Shown piece by piece: positions 42,111 through 56,200 of a stretch of DNA of 64,000 bases. Position numbers and translations under genes: made by a program. The DNA comes from Tubulanus polymorphus (Eukaryota > Animalia > Nemertea). Positions within the stretch are counted from its first letter, which is position 1; each line of letters begins with the position of its first letter. Below the pieces are notes generated by a model. The model worked only from the letters and a program-made list of their open reading frames with translations, was not told the DNA's origin and did no database searches. Location of the stretch: the NCBI RefSeq assembly GCF_964204645.1, contig NC_134029.1, forward strand, positions 20,578,950 through 20,642,949, given 5' to 3'.

Positions 42111-45100
42111 TATGACACTAGGTGTCCTCTCAATTTAGAACAACTTTTACTAGGACTAACATTTACCGTGGATGTGGTTATACATCCATACATTTACTAC
42201 TGATTCAGCCAGTATCAGTGGGAAGCTATGCAATTACGGGGCATTCGGGTATTCGAAACATGAAAAGTTCCATGTTAACTGCATCCTACCTGATTTATGA
42301 AGCTCGACTTATGGCTGAAAGGCTTTTCTAGCGTAATAGATTTTATACGCCTCATTAAATTTCAATTTCAATACAATAACTAAATCATCATCTCTTCAAA
42401 CGATGATCATCAAAGCCCAGTGCGCATTAAGTTCAGTCAGAAAGTTTCAAATTTATGATGGAAAATTATGGAAAATTAGTCTCTGCAAACAAATATTCAT
42501 CGAACCCAGTGTTGTCCGTATGATGGAATTTTAAAGGGCTTGAGTTACAGGAAGTAGCAAGGCTCTCGACCTGCCCCCTCCCCCCCCCCCAAACTCAGAA
42601 AATTAAGCTAAATGGTATAATCTTTGGAATAATCTTCTATTTTTTCACATTTCATCAATTTATTTCAAAGCAACATTGATATCCTATATAAGGGGTGGCT
42701 GATTATCAGAGGGATGGATGTGAAAATGAAAGGGGTGGCTGCCCCTCTAAAACCCGTAGAACACTGTAACCATATTCATTCATGGTGTTTACTGGTATAG
42801 TGAAAAGGTTATTGTAGCCTTTCGCTTGAAAAAAACCCACAAAACCCAGATTATGCAACCTCTACTTTAATACTGGTTTTCAATATTCATTCATTCCCCA
42901 GTAACTATAAGATACTTGCCAATTTTTAGACCAAGTAAAAACTAATTAATAACATAATTAACAAACTACACCCATAAGAAATGATCTATCCATAAACCAA
43001 ATTTGCACTTAGTTTCATAATATTCAAAAAGACTTTTAAAGTTTAGATACATGCAAAACGGTTATTTCCTATTTGACGCGGCAATTTTTAGAATATCTTC
43101 TCCAGTAACAATGATTTTGAACGATCTGGCATCGAAGCAGTATTTCAAATTCCAGAAGTTGTATATAAGCCTAAATTGGCACCGCGGACGAATTCGAGCA
43201 AAGTAAAAGAAAAAAAACTTACCAAAGTACTCTTTCGAATGTCGTTACTCGCCGACAAACCAAATTACGACTAGACAGATGTTTTTTACAGAGCGTGAAA
43301 ACGTGTTGCAATAATGTGCAAGCTTTCCCAGCAGCAAATGAAACACGCTTGTTGAGTTTCGAACCGACTGACTGACAACCAGAGCGCATGCATTCGAGTA
43401 TAGTTACGTGTAATGACGTAGGTTTGATCAGAAATCAATATAACTCTATTACACAGTATCAAATGTACGATGTATCAAAACAAACGTGCAAAAATTGATA
43501 CGGCAATGATACTCGAATAGAAGGTCATTTGTTACGAAACCGCAATATTTTCCTATAATCTTCTATATTTCTTGTTTGCGGCGTTACTATCTAAAGGATG
43601 AATGCACGGATTGAAATAAGCCAATTTTGTATTTGTACCACACTACGGAAAAAGGAAATAACCATTAAATGCTAAACATATTATGCAAAGAATTAGAAAG
43701 TTTTAGGTTTCCCCGCCCTCAGATGAAGAAATAGACAGTACAATAGATCCCTTTTTAATACAGTAAATGTCTTTTATAACGTCCTTGTTGGGACCAATGG
43801 AAAGCATGGTGTTATAACAAATTCAGCGTTGTAAAGAATGTTATTTTTATTGAATTTGAGTGAGAATGCGCAAATTTGTAAAAAAATGTAGACAAGTTCA
43901 AGTTCAAGTTCATTTATTTCAGACGGACTACGGCTCCGAGCCAAGTAGCCTACAGATCCATGCATGTTTACAGTAGATAAATTCTAGGCCTAGGAACGCG
44001 TACGCGCCCACATTCATTACTTAAATCTACAAGTACAAGCATTTTAGCCGACAATATCGAGAAGAACTTTTCGATTCGAAATTTTTCTGATCGCGACAAA
44101 TCCATCACCAAATATCAAACATTTCGATAAACCTTTATGACGTAGTCGTCTATTGTTAACAGAAGGATAGGATATTATTATACATTCATTAACGCATTAT
44201 CCCGACTATAGATCTGACGTGTAACGCGTACCCGATCACAGCACAGCACGACGATAAACAACGGCTGATTACGCGCGTGTACATCTTAACTAATTGATGC
44301 TGATGCCGGTATATCAAATATTAACCATATTATATAAGCGTTAGCGTAGAAAAGGTCACTGATATAATCGTACGAAATGACGAATATCGTCACTAAGGCG
44401 ATGTAAAATAATGTTTATATAAACACATGGTTTCCACGGTAACACGAATTCATAGTATTTCGCGGGCGATTTTTCAATTATCCCGAATGGAAATCGGGCC
44501 TTCGCTATAGCGTTAATTCTGTCACACTTCAGGGACTTCAATATCGGTTGATGAATACGATTTTCAGAAAGAAATGCTGATGAAAGTTGCAAAAAAATTT
44601 GACGGACTCGTAGAAGTCTCACAAGTTGCCCTGGATCCACCCCTGAACAGGTAAGTAGGATTCATCTCCGAGTTAGGCGGGGTCACTTAATAAACTAAAC
44701 AATATTAATGTGTATGAATAGCGAATACGAGACTGCAAGAAAAATTGATTTCATTCGGTACATTTGAGTCATCGAACTATCACAACATACAATGACACAG
44801 AGAAATATATTTCTATATATAGCGTCTAACGACATAATCGACGATGAATTTTCTGCTGAAGATGAGATCAGTAATACAATATCGCAAGGTCTGAAATAAC
44901 ATACATCGAACGTACAGTAAACCATGGATCGGAAAACACTTTAGAAAATCAGAAAAATTCTTTCGTTTTAGTCCTAGTTGAGTCAACTTCTTAGTTCCCA
45001 TGTCCGAGAATGGCAAGGATTGCTGTTTATACCCGTAGACGTCAGATACGCTTCTATAATCAATGATCAGTAGGTAACCGTTTATTACAAGGATATTATA

Positions 45101-47211
45101 CTTAACTGAGCCGTAAAACTAGTTATTAATTGATTAATAAAGGACCGATTTGACGACATTTCAATTCAATATTCAATCCAATTTGACATTGGATTGAACT
45201 CCAGATACAAAGAGGGTTATTCTAGGTGTTAAACGAACGATTACCAACTATGATATATATAATATGGCGATATAACGACCACCTAATGTCCACAGTTTTA
45301 ACGCCACGGTCATTGGTAATACCTGAGTGAGCTTTTCTCTCAAATTAATTTAGGAGCAGCTTAACATTCATCTATCTATGAGAAATCCTGATAGAAGATT
45401 ATGAATTACGAATATCATCAATATGAAATTGGCCGCTGAATCCAATAATATCGTATGATTTGGGACCGACATGAAAATGTATACCAGGTATTATTTTCAA
45501 GACAAGCCTTTTCAAAATTCAGATTCAAAAACAAACAGCGTTATTCGAAATGCATCTTTACAGTTACAACAAATGAATTTCTCTTTTCTAAGATTCTAAT
45601 CTTTTCAGATATATGATATTTTTAGAATGATAATCAAGTGTCATCACAGGTTTATAGAAATTTACATAGCTACCATGGAAATGATTTTTGCTTTGGTTAA
45701 TCAAATCTACAGCGTAATTCATAGCCATGTCTATAATGTATATGTTTATGTAGTTGATATAATTCTCCGTCCTACCCATAATTATGTATTTACACATATA
45801 TTGTATGTATTTTCTGCGCTCTAAGCAATTGTCTTTTTGATGAGAAAAATAAACTTGAACTAAACTTAACTAAACCTAGAAGTCGGAAACATACAATATC
45901 CCCATGAATTGGTATGTAAATAAACGCGAAAAGAAATGTTATCGCTCAGAAGTCAGAACCCCGCATAAATAGCCGATAAAGAAAGCCATACATTTTCAGC
46001 TCATATCTACGCTAAGACCTGTTTTAATGCGGCACCGAATCTTACCGTATTTCAACTGTTTTATCAGCTCGACAGGTTTTAAAATCGACATGTTTTCGCC
46101 CCGATAAAACGTAAGGAGGCAATAAATCTCATTCATTCCCGACGTAAGAAACTTATTGAATTAAGCCTCGCGTAAAATGTCCACTCATGACACACAGCGC
46201 TTATTAGGCCCTACCTGTTTCATGTTTTTTCAATGAACTACTTTCCGAACGACGACGCAGGAATTTTCACACGCACGTATTTAATGGTTTCAAAACGAGC
46301 CATTGATAATGAGAGCATAGTAGTATATGGCGACATTAGATTCCAAAACACATACGCGCGGAGAAAACAGCAACAGCAAATCGTATTGAATACGAGACAG
46401 TTTCCCTAAAGACCCTAAAGCATTAATCAATATCAGGAAATGGAGTAATATTGAATTTATTCACGGCGAAAGATTTCAACGTTAGAATCGAACAAACGGA
46501 TGGTTTTTCGAAAATAAAAATTATACGGAAGCGCTATCTACAGGCGAGATGTGTTAATTGATTATCGAGTTATTCTTGATCGCAGTTATTCACGATGAGA
46601 CTTACGTTAACCGGTGATACTAGAAAAATATTTCTTTTCATTTCACTTACGCTGAGAACCCGACGAAGACGGTCGGCCGTTAATTAGATCTATTATAAGG
46701 CTGGCTCGGCGCCATAATCCGTGAATCAATATTTGAAAAAGATTTCGACTTTTGCGTCGGCAGGTTTGCGATGGTGCGTACGCCCCGGATCATAATAATA
46801 AACAACGGACTTTAAAGCGACACTCGACGCCCGCATATCAACAAGCAGGACTTGATTTCACTGTCGAAACAAACTTTTACCACTTCACGACCTGAATAGA
46901 ACCTAGAAAGATTTATCACGTCTAATGCAATAAAAATGACATATTTACGGGGCGAAGAATATGTTTTATTTATAACTATAGCCGGGCAAGAAAATATATG
47001 CCGATGTAGGCGACGTATGGAACACAAACCATGTACTAAATAAAGTATATTACCCAGATATTTGCAGATATTCAGCTCTAATTCACTTATCAACGCTTCT
47101 ATTCCACAATCGAATGTTAGTAACGGATCGTTGAAAATATATTTCCAGAGTCAATGAGATACGGATATCACACACTTGTCGCTAAACACGCGAAAAATCT
47201 ATGAATCGCAA

Positions 47212-47298
47212 GGACTCAGTTCCGTAGTTGCGAGTTGACTCGGAGTTAACTCGTTGAACTCAGAGTTAACTCTTACTCACAACTGTGGAACTGGATCC
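47212..47298. mobile_element. MITE family C, copy 2
   Basis: cagttccgtagtt ... aactgtggaactgg; shares actcagagttaactct and actcacaactgtggaactgg with 35598-35707. Confidence 0.7.
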
Positions 47299-48697
47299 TG
47301 ACGAATTAAACACTTAGCAATAGAGAGAGTTAATGAGTTGACGCACCGAGCGCCGAGTTTCCCTTTTGGAACTGTTACATATTATCGTCGTCTATTTGGT
47401 TACCTTGACAACATTTCTGCCTCGATATAGGCTTTTAAGGACGAAGAAGAAAATGACAATGATTTTCTCCGCGTGGGAGAAGAGAATTATCGTCGAAAAT
47501 ACGATGTCGTAATTACCGGAGAGGATCCGGGTACGTTCGTTAATCAGGATAATTAACAAACGAGACATTTTATAATTAGTGACGAGGCTTCCTTTCGAAA
47601 AACGCCAAGGCACCTGCAGTTGGGCAGTGAATACTCGGTACTCGTGTCTAAAAGCTGAAGTAATGCCGCAGCCAGACCTGGATTGACTCTCTCAAAATCT
47701 TTGGTGCCCCTAAAAATCTTTGGCCCCATTTATCTCCGTAAGATAAATAAATAAAAGAAATTTTGAGAGAAATTCAAAGAGATTTGCTTGTGCATGTTCT
47801 CTATCAATGTTGTCAATTTCAGCAAAAAGGCTATCGAGATGAAATACAGAGGTGGATTCAAGGGGAGGGTTATACAGGGGGGAGGGGGTGCACGTATCAA
47901 ATTGCCCTGAAATTTTACAGGAAAATGAAAAGTATTATACTGATACCTAAAAAAGTTCAAGCTAGTTCTTTTCATTTCCAAAAATGAATAGATTTTTTTC
48001 GAAGACCTTTCTTTTGGGGAGGGGGGCCCTTTTGATTGTATGATATGCCCTATTTTGGGGGTGCGCAGAGTCAGACCCTATGGAAAAATTTCATCTAATG
48101 CTCCTTTTATAAACAGGCCAAATTTGTTTTTCAAGATTTGGATTTTTTTTTCTAGAGGTTGTCTGCAAATCATTTAGTTGGTTTTGGTGCCCAAAAACAA
48201 GTTCTTTTTGCCAATACATGTAATTAAAGAAAATTATTAAGGGGTTGACTATTCACTAATTTTACTTTGTGACATTCTGAAATCAACCACAGGCCAACTC
48301 AGTTTGAGGATTTCAATGGTCCAACGGTTTATAGTTGTCGAACACTCTATTCTAGTCTTGGGTGGGGCTAGTTCTTTGTACAAGAGACACACAACACACG
48401 GTGTAAACAAAGAATATCGGTGAAGAAATGTTCATCATTTTAATTTTGATAGAAAAATAAATATTCCCAAAAAACTAAAAAAAGTTTGATCCAACTTTGC
48501 CTTTGGCAATTAAATTCTGATGATGGCTTATATTATTAGACTAAATCTAAGTAGTCAGGTATGCAAATAGATGCGCTGAAAGTACTTACGGGTGACTTGC
48601 ATGCATGCCTGATTTCATTGTGAAGTATCAACAAGCAGTAGCCCGTATTATTGTTTGCACGCTGTCCAATGGTCCATTGTTGGGGTCGCAGCGCGCG

Positions 48698-48813
48698 TAG
48701 TTAGTTACCTAATCGTTGGTGGTAAGCTTTTTATAATCGGATGGGCTTATACCAAGATGTGGTTTGTGAAAATATCCGATCGCGAAACTAAACCACAGAC
48801 AGGTTACTGACTA
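48698..48813 (-). mobile_element. MITE family A, copy 3, in the POLR3C promoter region
   Basis: Reverse complement of 3797-3912; perfect 9-bp TSD cagcgcgcg. Confidence 0.88.
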
Positions 48814-48935
48814 CAGCGCGCGCGTTTTGTTTACATCGGGGACATACATCAATCGGGGATAGGGACATAGGCCGATATCGGAGGGCTGCGCGCCTGCGCT
48901 CCACACTTCCTCTTTGGGATGTATTGAACATTACA

Positions 48936-51900
48936 ATGTCGGCCAATCAAATCAAACTAGCCGGAGAAATACTGCGCGAATACTATGGAGAAGTTACTGA
49001 GAAGATCGGCAACTTTCTCCTGATGAAGGGACATTCGCCTTTGAAATTAATTTCGCAAGAAACGAAGACGAAACTTCAACAGGTTCGTCCTCAGCTCACT
49101 CGAAAACTGTCAAACTATTTACCAAAATATACCAATACCATTCAAAACATCATCATCAGAATCACATAGATCATTATTGAAAAATTATTTGATCTGTAAT
49201 GAATTATGCATTATTTTCCAGGTGAAAAAGTCATTATGCGTCTTGATACAGCACAATATTGTTAATTTTGAGGCGAACAAACGTGGTTACGTCGATTACA
49301 GCATAAACCTGAATACTATTCTGATGTGTATGAAATTTCCGAGTATGATCTACTGTTCGAAGACTCTGTACGGAGACGCCGGAGAACTGGTCATCGAAGA
49401 ACTACTCCAGAAAGGACGCATGCCTACGGATGATATCCTCGTGAGGGCGTATGAAAGGCTACAAGAAAATAGTAATAACGGAGGTATGGCTAATTAATGA
49501 TTTGTTTCATCGATCGATTAACTTGTGAGAATTTTGAAATGCAGTCAATTTCTTCGCTCAATTGTAGTAGGTTTATACAGATTTTCGGTTATTCAGTTAA
49601 ATTTCAAAGTCCCAAATCACATTTGAAGCATTTTCTTAATTTGCTGTTTTATCCCGGAAACATTTTGGACTTCATCTTTCATTGTGTTAGTGAACGTTTT
49701 TTTTATATCGTCACAACACTGACACATGTTTCATCAATGGTTATCAATATGGGCCTAATGAAATTTATTCATTCAAGTAATGTGGAATTCGAATACGGTT
49801 ATTGGTTAGGATCTGAATAAAGCTGAATTGATTGTAGGCTAGTTGCCTGTAATGAACAGGTAGAAAAAGCTTAATAAGTCAATCTTTCTTTGTAAGTATC
49901 AAATGCGGTATTATTTGATTTTTTTTCCATTTGTGTTTAGATAATAAAGTATCCCTCGGCGATGTGAAAGACAAGTTTGTATCTTTAGTGCGAACTCATT
50001 TCATCCAGCGATGTCCGTATCCGACGCCTGATGCCGAAACTAGTACCAGTGCTTCACTGGTGCCTTCATTAGACATAACGAATAACGAGTTATACCTGGT
50101 TCCTTCCATTGATCTAACAGGTGAATATTTCATATATAAATCAGCTCAGTGAATGAAAAGTCGGGCAAATATCTGAGAAATTTAAAGTTAAATGAAAATT
50201 GTTCGTTATGGCTGTCCTGAGGTATTATACAAAGTAAATGTTGTTGTTTTTTCGTTCAATGTAGCCATCCAGGAAAAATGTAATTTAAATGCCGGTGATG
50301 TGTCCGAACCACCCAAAAAGAAAATTAAAACAGAAGATCTGGTGGTAAGAACTAAACTTGTCCATTTACCTGGAAATCAGGCAAAAGTCAGCGAATTTTC
50401 TTTTCTTTAAAAGTCTGGGAATAGTTAGGGAAATGCTAAAAATCAGCAAAAAGTTAGGTAAATTTGTTGATGCACTATCAACAAACAGTTCGCACGAAAA
50501 ATCCAACAGTTCCATGTATGTTTTACGATTTTCACTGTGATAATTCATTGGATTTTTAACAGATCAAGTCAAGGAAAACAACATGTATGTCAGGGAATGA
50601 ACAAGTCAAATAAAAGTAGCCACCCTGTGCAATTTCACTTACAAAACAATTGTTTTATATGAACTATCTATTTTCTGTTTTATTTTCAGAATAATGTTTT
50701 GTGGCAGGTTAACTATGACCGTTTTCAACAGCATTTCAGAGATTCAGCGATAGTGCAGGCAGTTTCTAATAGATTAGATGAGGTATGTTTAGAATTCGGC
50801 CGACAGAATTCAGAGAACTGAAATTCCGACGATAGAGTTTGGTCTTGATGGTCATTTTACTTTTATCTGATATTTAATGTATAAAATCATGGTTAGTATT
50901 TTATGATTTATTTATTCTCTTCAATATGAATGATATTTGCACGTTGAAATATCTTTGTCAATTATGAATTTTTTTTTGGAACTTGAATTTCTTTAACTTA
51001 ACACGGGTACTAATTTTCTGACGAATATCAACGTTCATTTCGTATAGAAAGCAGGTGAAGTAATGCGCGCGATGCTCCGTTTGAATGAAGTACACAGCAA
51101 TTGCTCAGAAATTGTATCCGTCTCGCCACCACTTACGTTAAATGAGGTACATGTATTTCATAGTTTCTAGCACCGTTTCATTAATGATTCGTACTTATTT
51201 GAACATAGAGCTTTATTTAACGTTCAGATTGTGCGTACGATACCGAATGAATTTGGAATCTGGAGGACGGCTGTCGATCAGTATTTAGTTCAGTTATCAG
51301 ATGATTCAGTAAGTTTATATATAAATGTACATGTTCTACGAGTTTTGATTTTTAAATTCTTCAGAATTTTATAGTACATGAATTGGTATTGATTGTTATA
51401 TACATGTATGTAGACATAAAAATATTTGATTGCCCGAAGACTAATGTTATACTGCATTAGTTAGAATGAACAGGGCCAAGTTTCATCACAAAGTTAAACC
51501 CAAATTTTTACTTTCGGTAAGAGGTTCATTTCAATTATTCTTTCAACTTGCATTTATTTATTCTAGTGTCCATTTATTACAAAAATTGGTGACAGCGGAG
51601 GAGGAACATTTTCGATCGGTATCCTTTGTTTTTAGGAGTACAAATAGAATCCTAGCTTTAGACTTGGTAATATCAAGAAAATGATTCCTTAACGAGTAAA
51701 TAGATTTTAGGACTTGTATGACAAAGATCTGTGAAGCACACATCGAGGCTGTAGTCTTAGAGAGGCAAGTTTTTCTGCTCTCAACTGAAAAGATGTTTAA
51801 GCGGACAGTAATTATTTACATGCATTGAACTTTGCAGATTTGGTTCCAAGTGTTTAAGAATATTCCGACTTCTTTTGATCAAAAAGCATTTAGAACAGAA

Positions 51901-53018
51901 ACAGGTACCGAATTATTACTACGATGATATGGTTAAGTTCATGGGAAGTATGCTACAATGATTTGTTTAATTCTAAATTTCTTTTTAGATCGAGGAGTTT
52001 GTGATGATTCCTGCGAAAGAAACCAAAGAGCTTCTATACAGCATGTTTGGGGAACAAATTGTGGATATCACAGTAAGTGGGTACAAAAGAGAAATATTCT
52101 GATATCGTCAGTTAGATCTTTAGGGTGTACTAAATTCTTGTTGTAATTGTAGGAAGTGCCCAAGACACCCGATCATGCCCCGTCTAGAACTTACTACGTG
52201 TTCACAGTTGATTTGAATAAGATTTGCAGGAGAGTGCTTCAGATGTGCTATAAGGTATCATATCCGAATAGATAAGCAACGTGGAAACTAATGAATATTA
52301 TTAATGAAATAATAGTGGAATCTAATGAATATTTTCAGACATTATATAACTTGATTATACGAAGGAATCATGAAACACAAGATCATAGGTTAGTTAATGG
52401 TATTTCGGGGTTCTCAACTGACTCGATAAATAGATTTCACACTTTCCTGGTCTGGTGTCATTCATCGATTTGTGTTGTCAGTCATGTTTAATTGTGCAAT
52501 TCTTGCATAAAAATCTCATCAAAAATGAAGAAATCGCGTTGAGGCTTGTCCCTTTTTGAAAAATTGTTTTTGGTATGAAAAAATGTGAACAATCCTGTGT
52601 TTTGGTATGTGAGGCAATGCGAAAAAAGTGGAAAATGGAAAGGTAAAAATTTCAGAATCTTGCATCTCAACCCTGAACTCGTTATATCTATGTAGGCGTT
52701 TACTGGAGAAACAACAGAGAGTTGAAGCTATTGCTGCATCAATGGAACAGAGCGGTGTCGACGAGGCTCAAAGAGCCGAGATTGAGGAAATGATCACTCC
52801 TGCCGAAAGACAACAATTAGCCAAAGTGAAACATATGACACAGAAGTAAGTGCAGTGGAAAAGCCAGTTGGTGCAATTGATTTCATTCATAATTTGATTA
52901 TCGATTGCGAAACATATTTCATTTCAGGTTGGAACAGAGCGAGTTAGAAATAGACAATACGTTATTCATGCTGGAATTGTATCTCAAATATGCTAATGTG
53001 AAAAAAAAAGTTGTATAG
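48936..53018 (+). CDS. POLR3C: RNA polymerase III subunit RPC3 (RPC62)
   Basis: MSANQIKLAGEILREYYGE, VKKSLCVLIQHN, LYGDAGELVIEELL, WQVNYDRFQQHFRD, ERFGSKCLRIFRLLL, EVPKTPDHAPSRTYY, EMITPAERQQL motifs over many exons. Confidence 0.93.
51619..51703 (+). other. U12-type (minor spliceosome) GT-AG intron in POLR3C
   Basis: 5' site GTATCCTTT, branch site TTCCTTAAC at 51685-51693 close to the AG, no polypyrimidine tract; splicing keeps the frame GGGTFSI-DFRTC. Confidence 0.88.
51765..51837 (+). other. GC-AG intron in POLR3C
   Basis: AG|gcaagt donor is needed to join VVLER to FGSKCLRIF; acceptor tttgcag. Confidence 0.8.
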
Positions 53019-53261
53019 ATAATGGGTAAACCGGCTAATTTGGAAGGATTGCATTAGGGTTAACTCTGACTTTATAAGCACATATCTCAAGTGATTAGAG
53101 AACGCAATTTAAATACAGCGTTGAAGTTTATTGTATCGACAAATATACAGGTTAAATAAATTTACAAATTATTTGTACAGAAATGCAAAACTTTTGTTTA
53201 CTTTTCTAAGTCTACATCGGATCTCTCGAAGCCAAACTACCAGGAGATTATTGGACTATCA

Positions 53262-56200
53262 TCAACTTTTTCCCGAGGAATGAGATTTACGATGCCGCAA
53301 TATTTCCGTTTTTGTAAACATGAATTGTTCATTGCACGTATCACAGTTGTATAATTTACGCAAAGGACCGGCTGCCGTCTGCTTCTCACGACTTGTTCCC
53401 TCGTTTAATGCATCTATAAATAGAAACGGTCCCGATTTAAACGCATGACATCGATTCGACGGAATCCATTATTCTGAAGGAGGTTGAAGCAAATTTAGTA
53501 CTCGTGTGCGTAATTAATTTTTAGATCATAGTTTTATTGACTGGTATTATATTCAAGCCAGCTTACTCAATTCATTTTCAATTGAGTTGACCCCAGTAAT
53601 AATACCAGTCTATAAAACTGGGCTCTGGATAATTTTGCAAAATTCTTTTCAATGGATTTTTTACAATTCAATAAACTCTATTGTACCAATACACCCTTCC
53701 GGGCTTTGAGAGCAATATTTAAATAGTAATTTCTATAACTTTAACATTTTACATGGTAATGTTGAACGAAAGTACTGCAGGACTATATCATACCAGTATC
53801 CCTAAATATATACACTAATTATCAATTCTGAAATTTTAAAAAGTTGAATTCAGTACCTGGATGTAGAGCTTGGCATTCGGTCTGATGCGCTAAGCGTTCC
53901 TCCACTGTCACTATCATTGTTTCATTGCAATAAGGACACAGCCAATGTTTCTGCAAACACGACGTGTATTCACCCCAGATATCCGCAGTACTGTTGTCAC
54001 ATAGACTAGAAAATTACATAATTCAACAGTTTTACGAGATATGTAGGTCGTCTTTGATATCAAATCCTCGAAAGATATCTTACCAGTTATAAATTAAATA
54101 TTCATTGATCTGTTTCCCACCTTTTATGGGATGACATTTTCCTTGATTAGACTCGAATACCGGTAACTCTGATTTTGACTCTGAAAAAAAAAATCAAAAT
54201 TTTGAGACTAGCACAGTATAAAAAGTGTAATGAATATAGTCGTAAGATCTACTGACCAGTCTGAGGTCCAATGTAAACGTGTTCGATTTCTGCTGCCATG
54301 ACCCTGCGCAATGAATATAACACACTGCTATCGAGGAATTCTGTTAGCTTCGTAGCTAGAATTCGTTCTAGCTTTTTGGATTTCGGCGGAATCGGGTCAC
54401 CATCTTCATCTAACTGGACTATTGTTTCTGAAATCAATACGCATCAAACTATAATTCAAACTAATAATTAATTCAAACTAATAATTCGAGGTGATTTGGT
54501 TTCCATAGACAAGTTGCTGTCCAATATCAATAGTAGATAAAAACCCACAATAAAAAACAGTTTTTGAAAATCGCTCATAGAATTGAGTTGGAACGTTAAG
54601 CTACCAGATAGTTTTTTTTTATAGTGGGTTTTTATCTACTAGAGGTGATTTGTTCCTGCATGAGTACCGGCAAGTAAACATGCCTCTTCTAATGTAATAA
54701 TTCAATAAGATCAAGAGATCATCTCCAGCAGCTCACCTTGCAGTCTTTGCTTGAGTAAATCTTGCCACGTCGTTCGTAGCTGAATAACACTGGAAACTAG
54801 AAATTGAGCTTCGTCGCTGTCTTTAAACTTCAATTCTAACCAACCGTCACATAGAATCCTGACAAAAAATTATGAGAACAACCTCAGGGTTAATTTTAAT
54901 TTAATTAAGAAAACAAACCATCCAATTAATTGAAAAAATTCTAACACAGCTGCTAACCCCTGAAAAGTGTTATTAGTAGCGAGTAGAAGTTTTCTCAGTA
55001 ATAGTTCATCGAAATACGAGAAGATATTTTCAATGGTAAGAGCTTCAGTAATATCTTTCGCGTTTCTGTACAGGTCAAACAAATCAAATCAGTTATTCTA
55101 GGGACAAGACAATGAAATAGTAACAAAATACTTATTATAATCAGGGACTGTTCCCACAAATACCCCTTCATAATCTGAGTTACCGTAACCACTGAAAATG
55201 AACTAATTCTCACTCAAATTTGAATGTAACTCAGAAGAATTGATGTCTTGTAAACAACTATTTACCTTGTCATATCAGCGTTTGTATCAATAGATGCAGA
55301 AAACAGTAGCAGCGTTTGTAATGCAGGAACCCTCATTGTGTTGATTAGATACGGCTTGTTTGTTTCTAATAAAGACCTATCAAAATGTTAATAGAAAGCG
55401 ATGAGCAATTTTTCAAGCAAGCCAAAAGTGAGAAACTTCTAAAACCGTTTAAGCTACTTACACATAAACTAACAACTCGTTTCTTGTACTGAACGTTTCT
55501 TTAGTCATACCTCTCATTTCTTCATACTCCGGTTGTTTCGGTTGCAGAATATCAGGATTCGTAGCGAATATGCTGGTCGGATGCAGCAGAATAAATCCTT
55601 TTTGCTGCAGTCGAGAAAGACATTTTTACGATGATGCATTCAATTCAATTCACAACTGCAAAATTTGTAACTTCACTTACTCTAGTATGAAACGCTTGAT
55701 CGGAGTCCTTTTTATAGGAATTAGTCTCATCTGCTATCGCCCACTGTGGATATAAACCACTGCATAGAATAATCTTCAGTAGATTTATATCTCTGAGAGT
55801 GAAATTCATGCTGTTGAAACTTGTATCCTAAATATTGAATGGAAACATTTTTTCATTTCATCAAAGACGAATGGATGTAAAGACCGACTAACGACAGGCC
55901 TAGAACCCTTACCTGCATTACGTCTAAATTATTTGTCAACCGAAATTCTAAATCTTTGATATCCGAATCTTGATTATCAGCGGCAGTTTCTTCCTCGTCG
56001 CTTATCACAAAATCCTGTGAAACCAATGAAATTCTGATTTCATTAACCAGCGTTTGAACTGCACAATCTATTTCACATAGGATAAAATGGTTGGGTGGGC
56101 CAAATACATTTGATATATTGTAAATGTTATTTCTCAGCAAACAGGAAATTTCAGTAGTTTATAGTCCATGCTGGGGAGATTTTTGTTTTTATGATATAAC

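Noticed and set aside
53054-53062. Second telomere-like 9-mer (ttagggtta)
   Set aside because: Isolated in the POLR3C 3' UTR with no array or structure; shows the motif can arise by chance.
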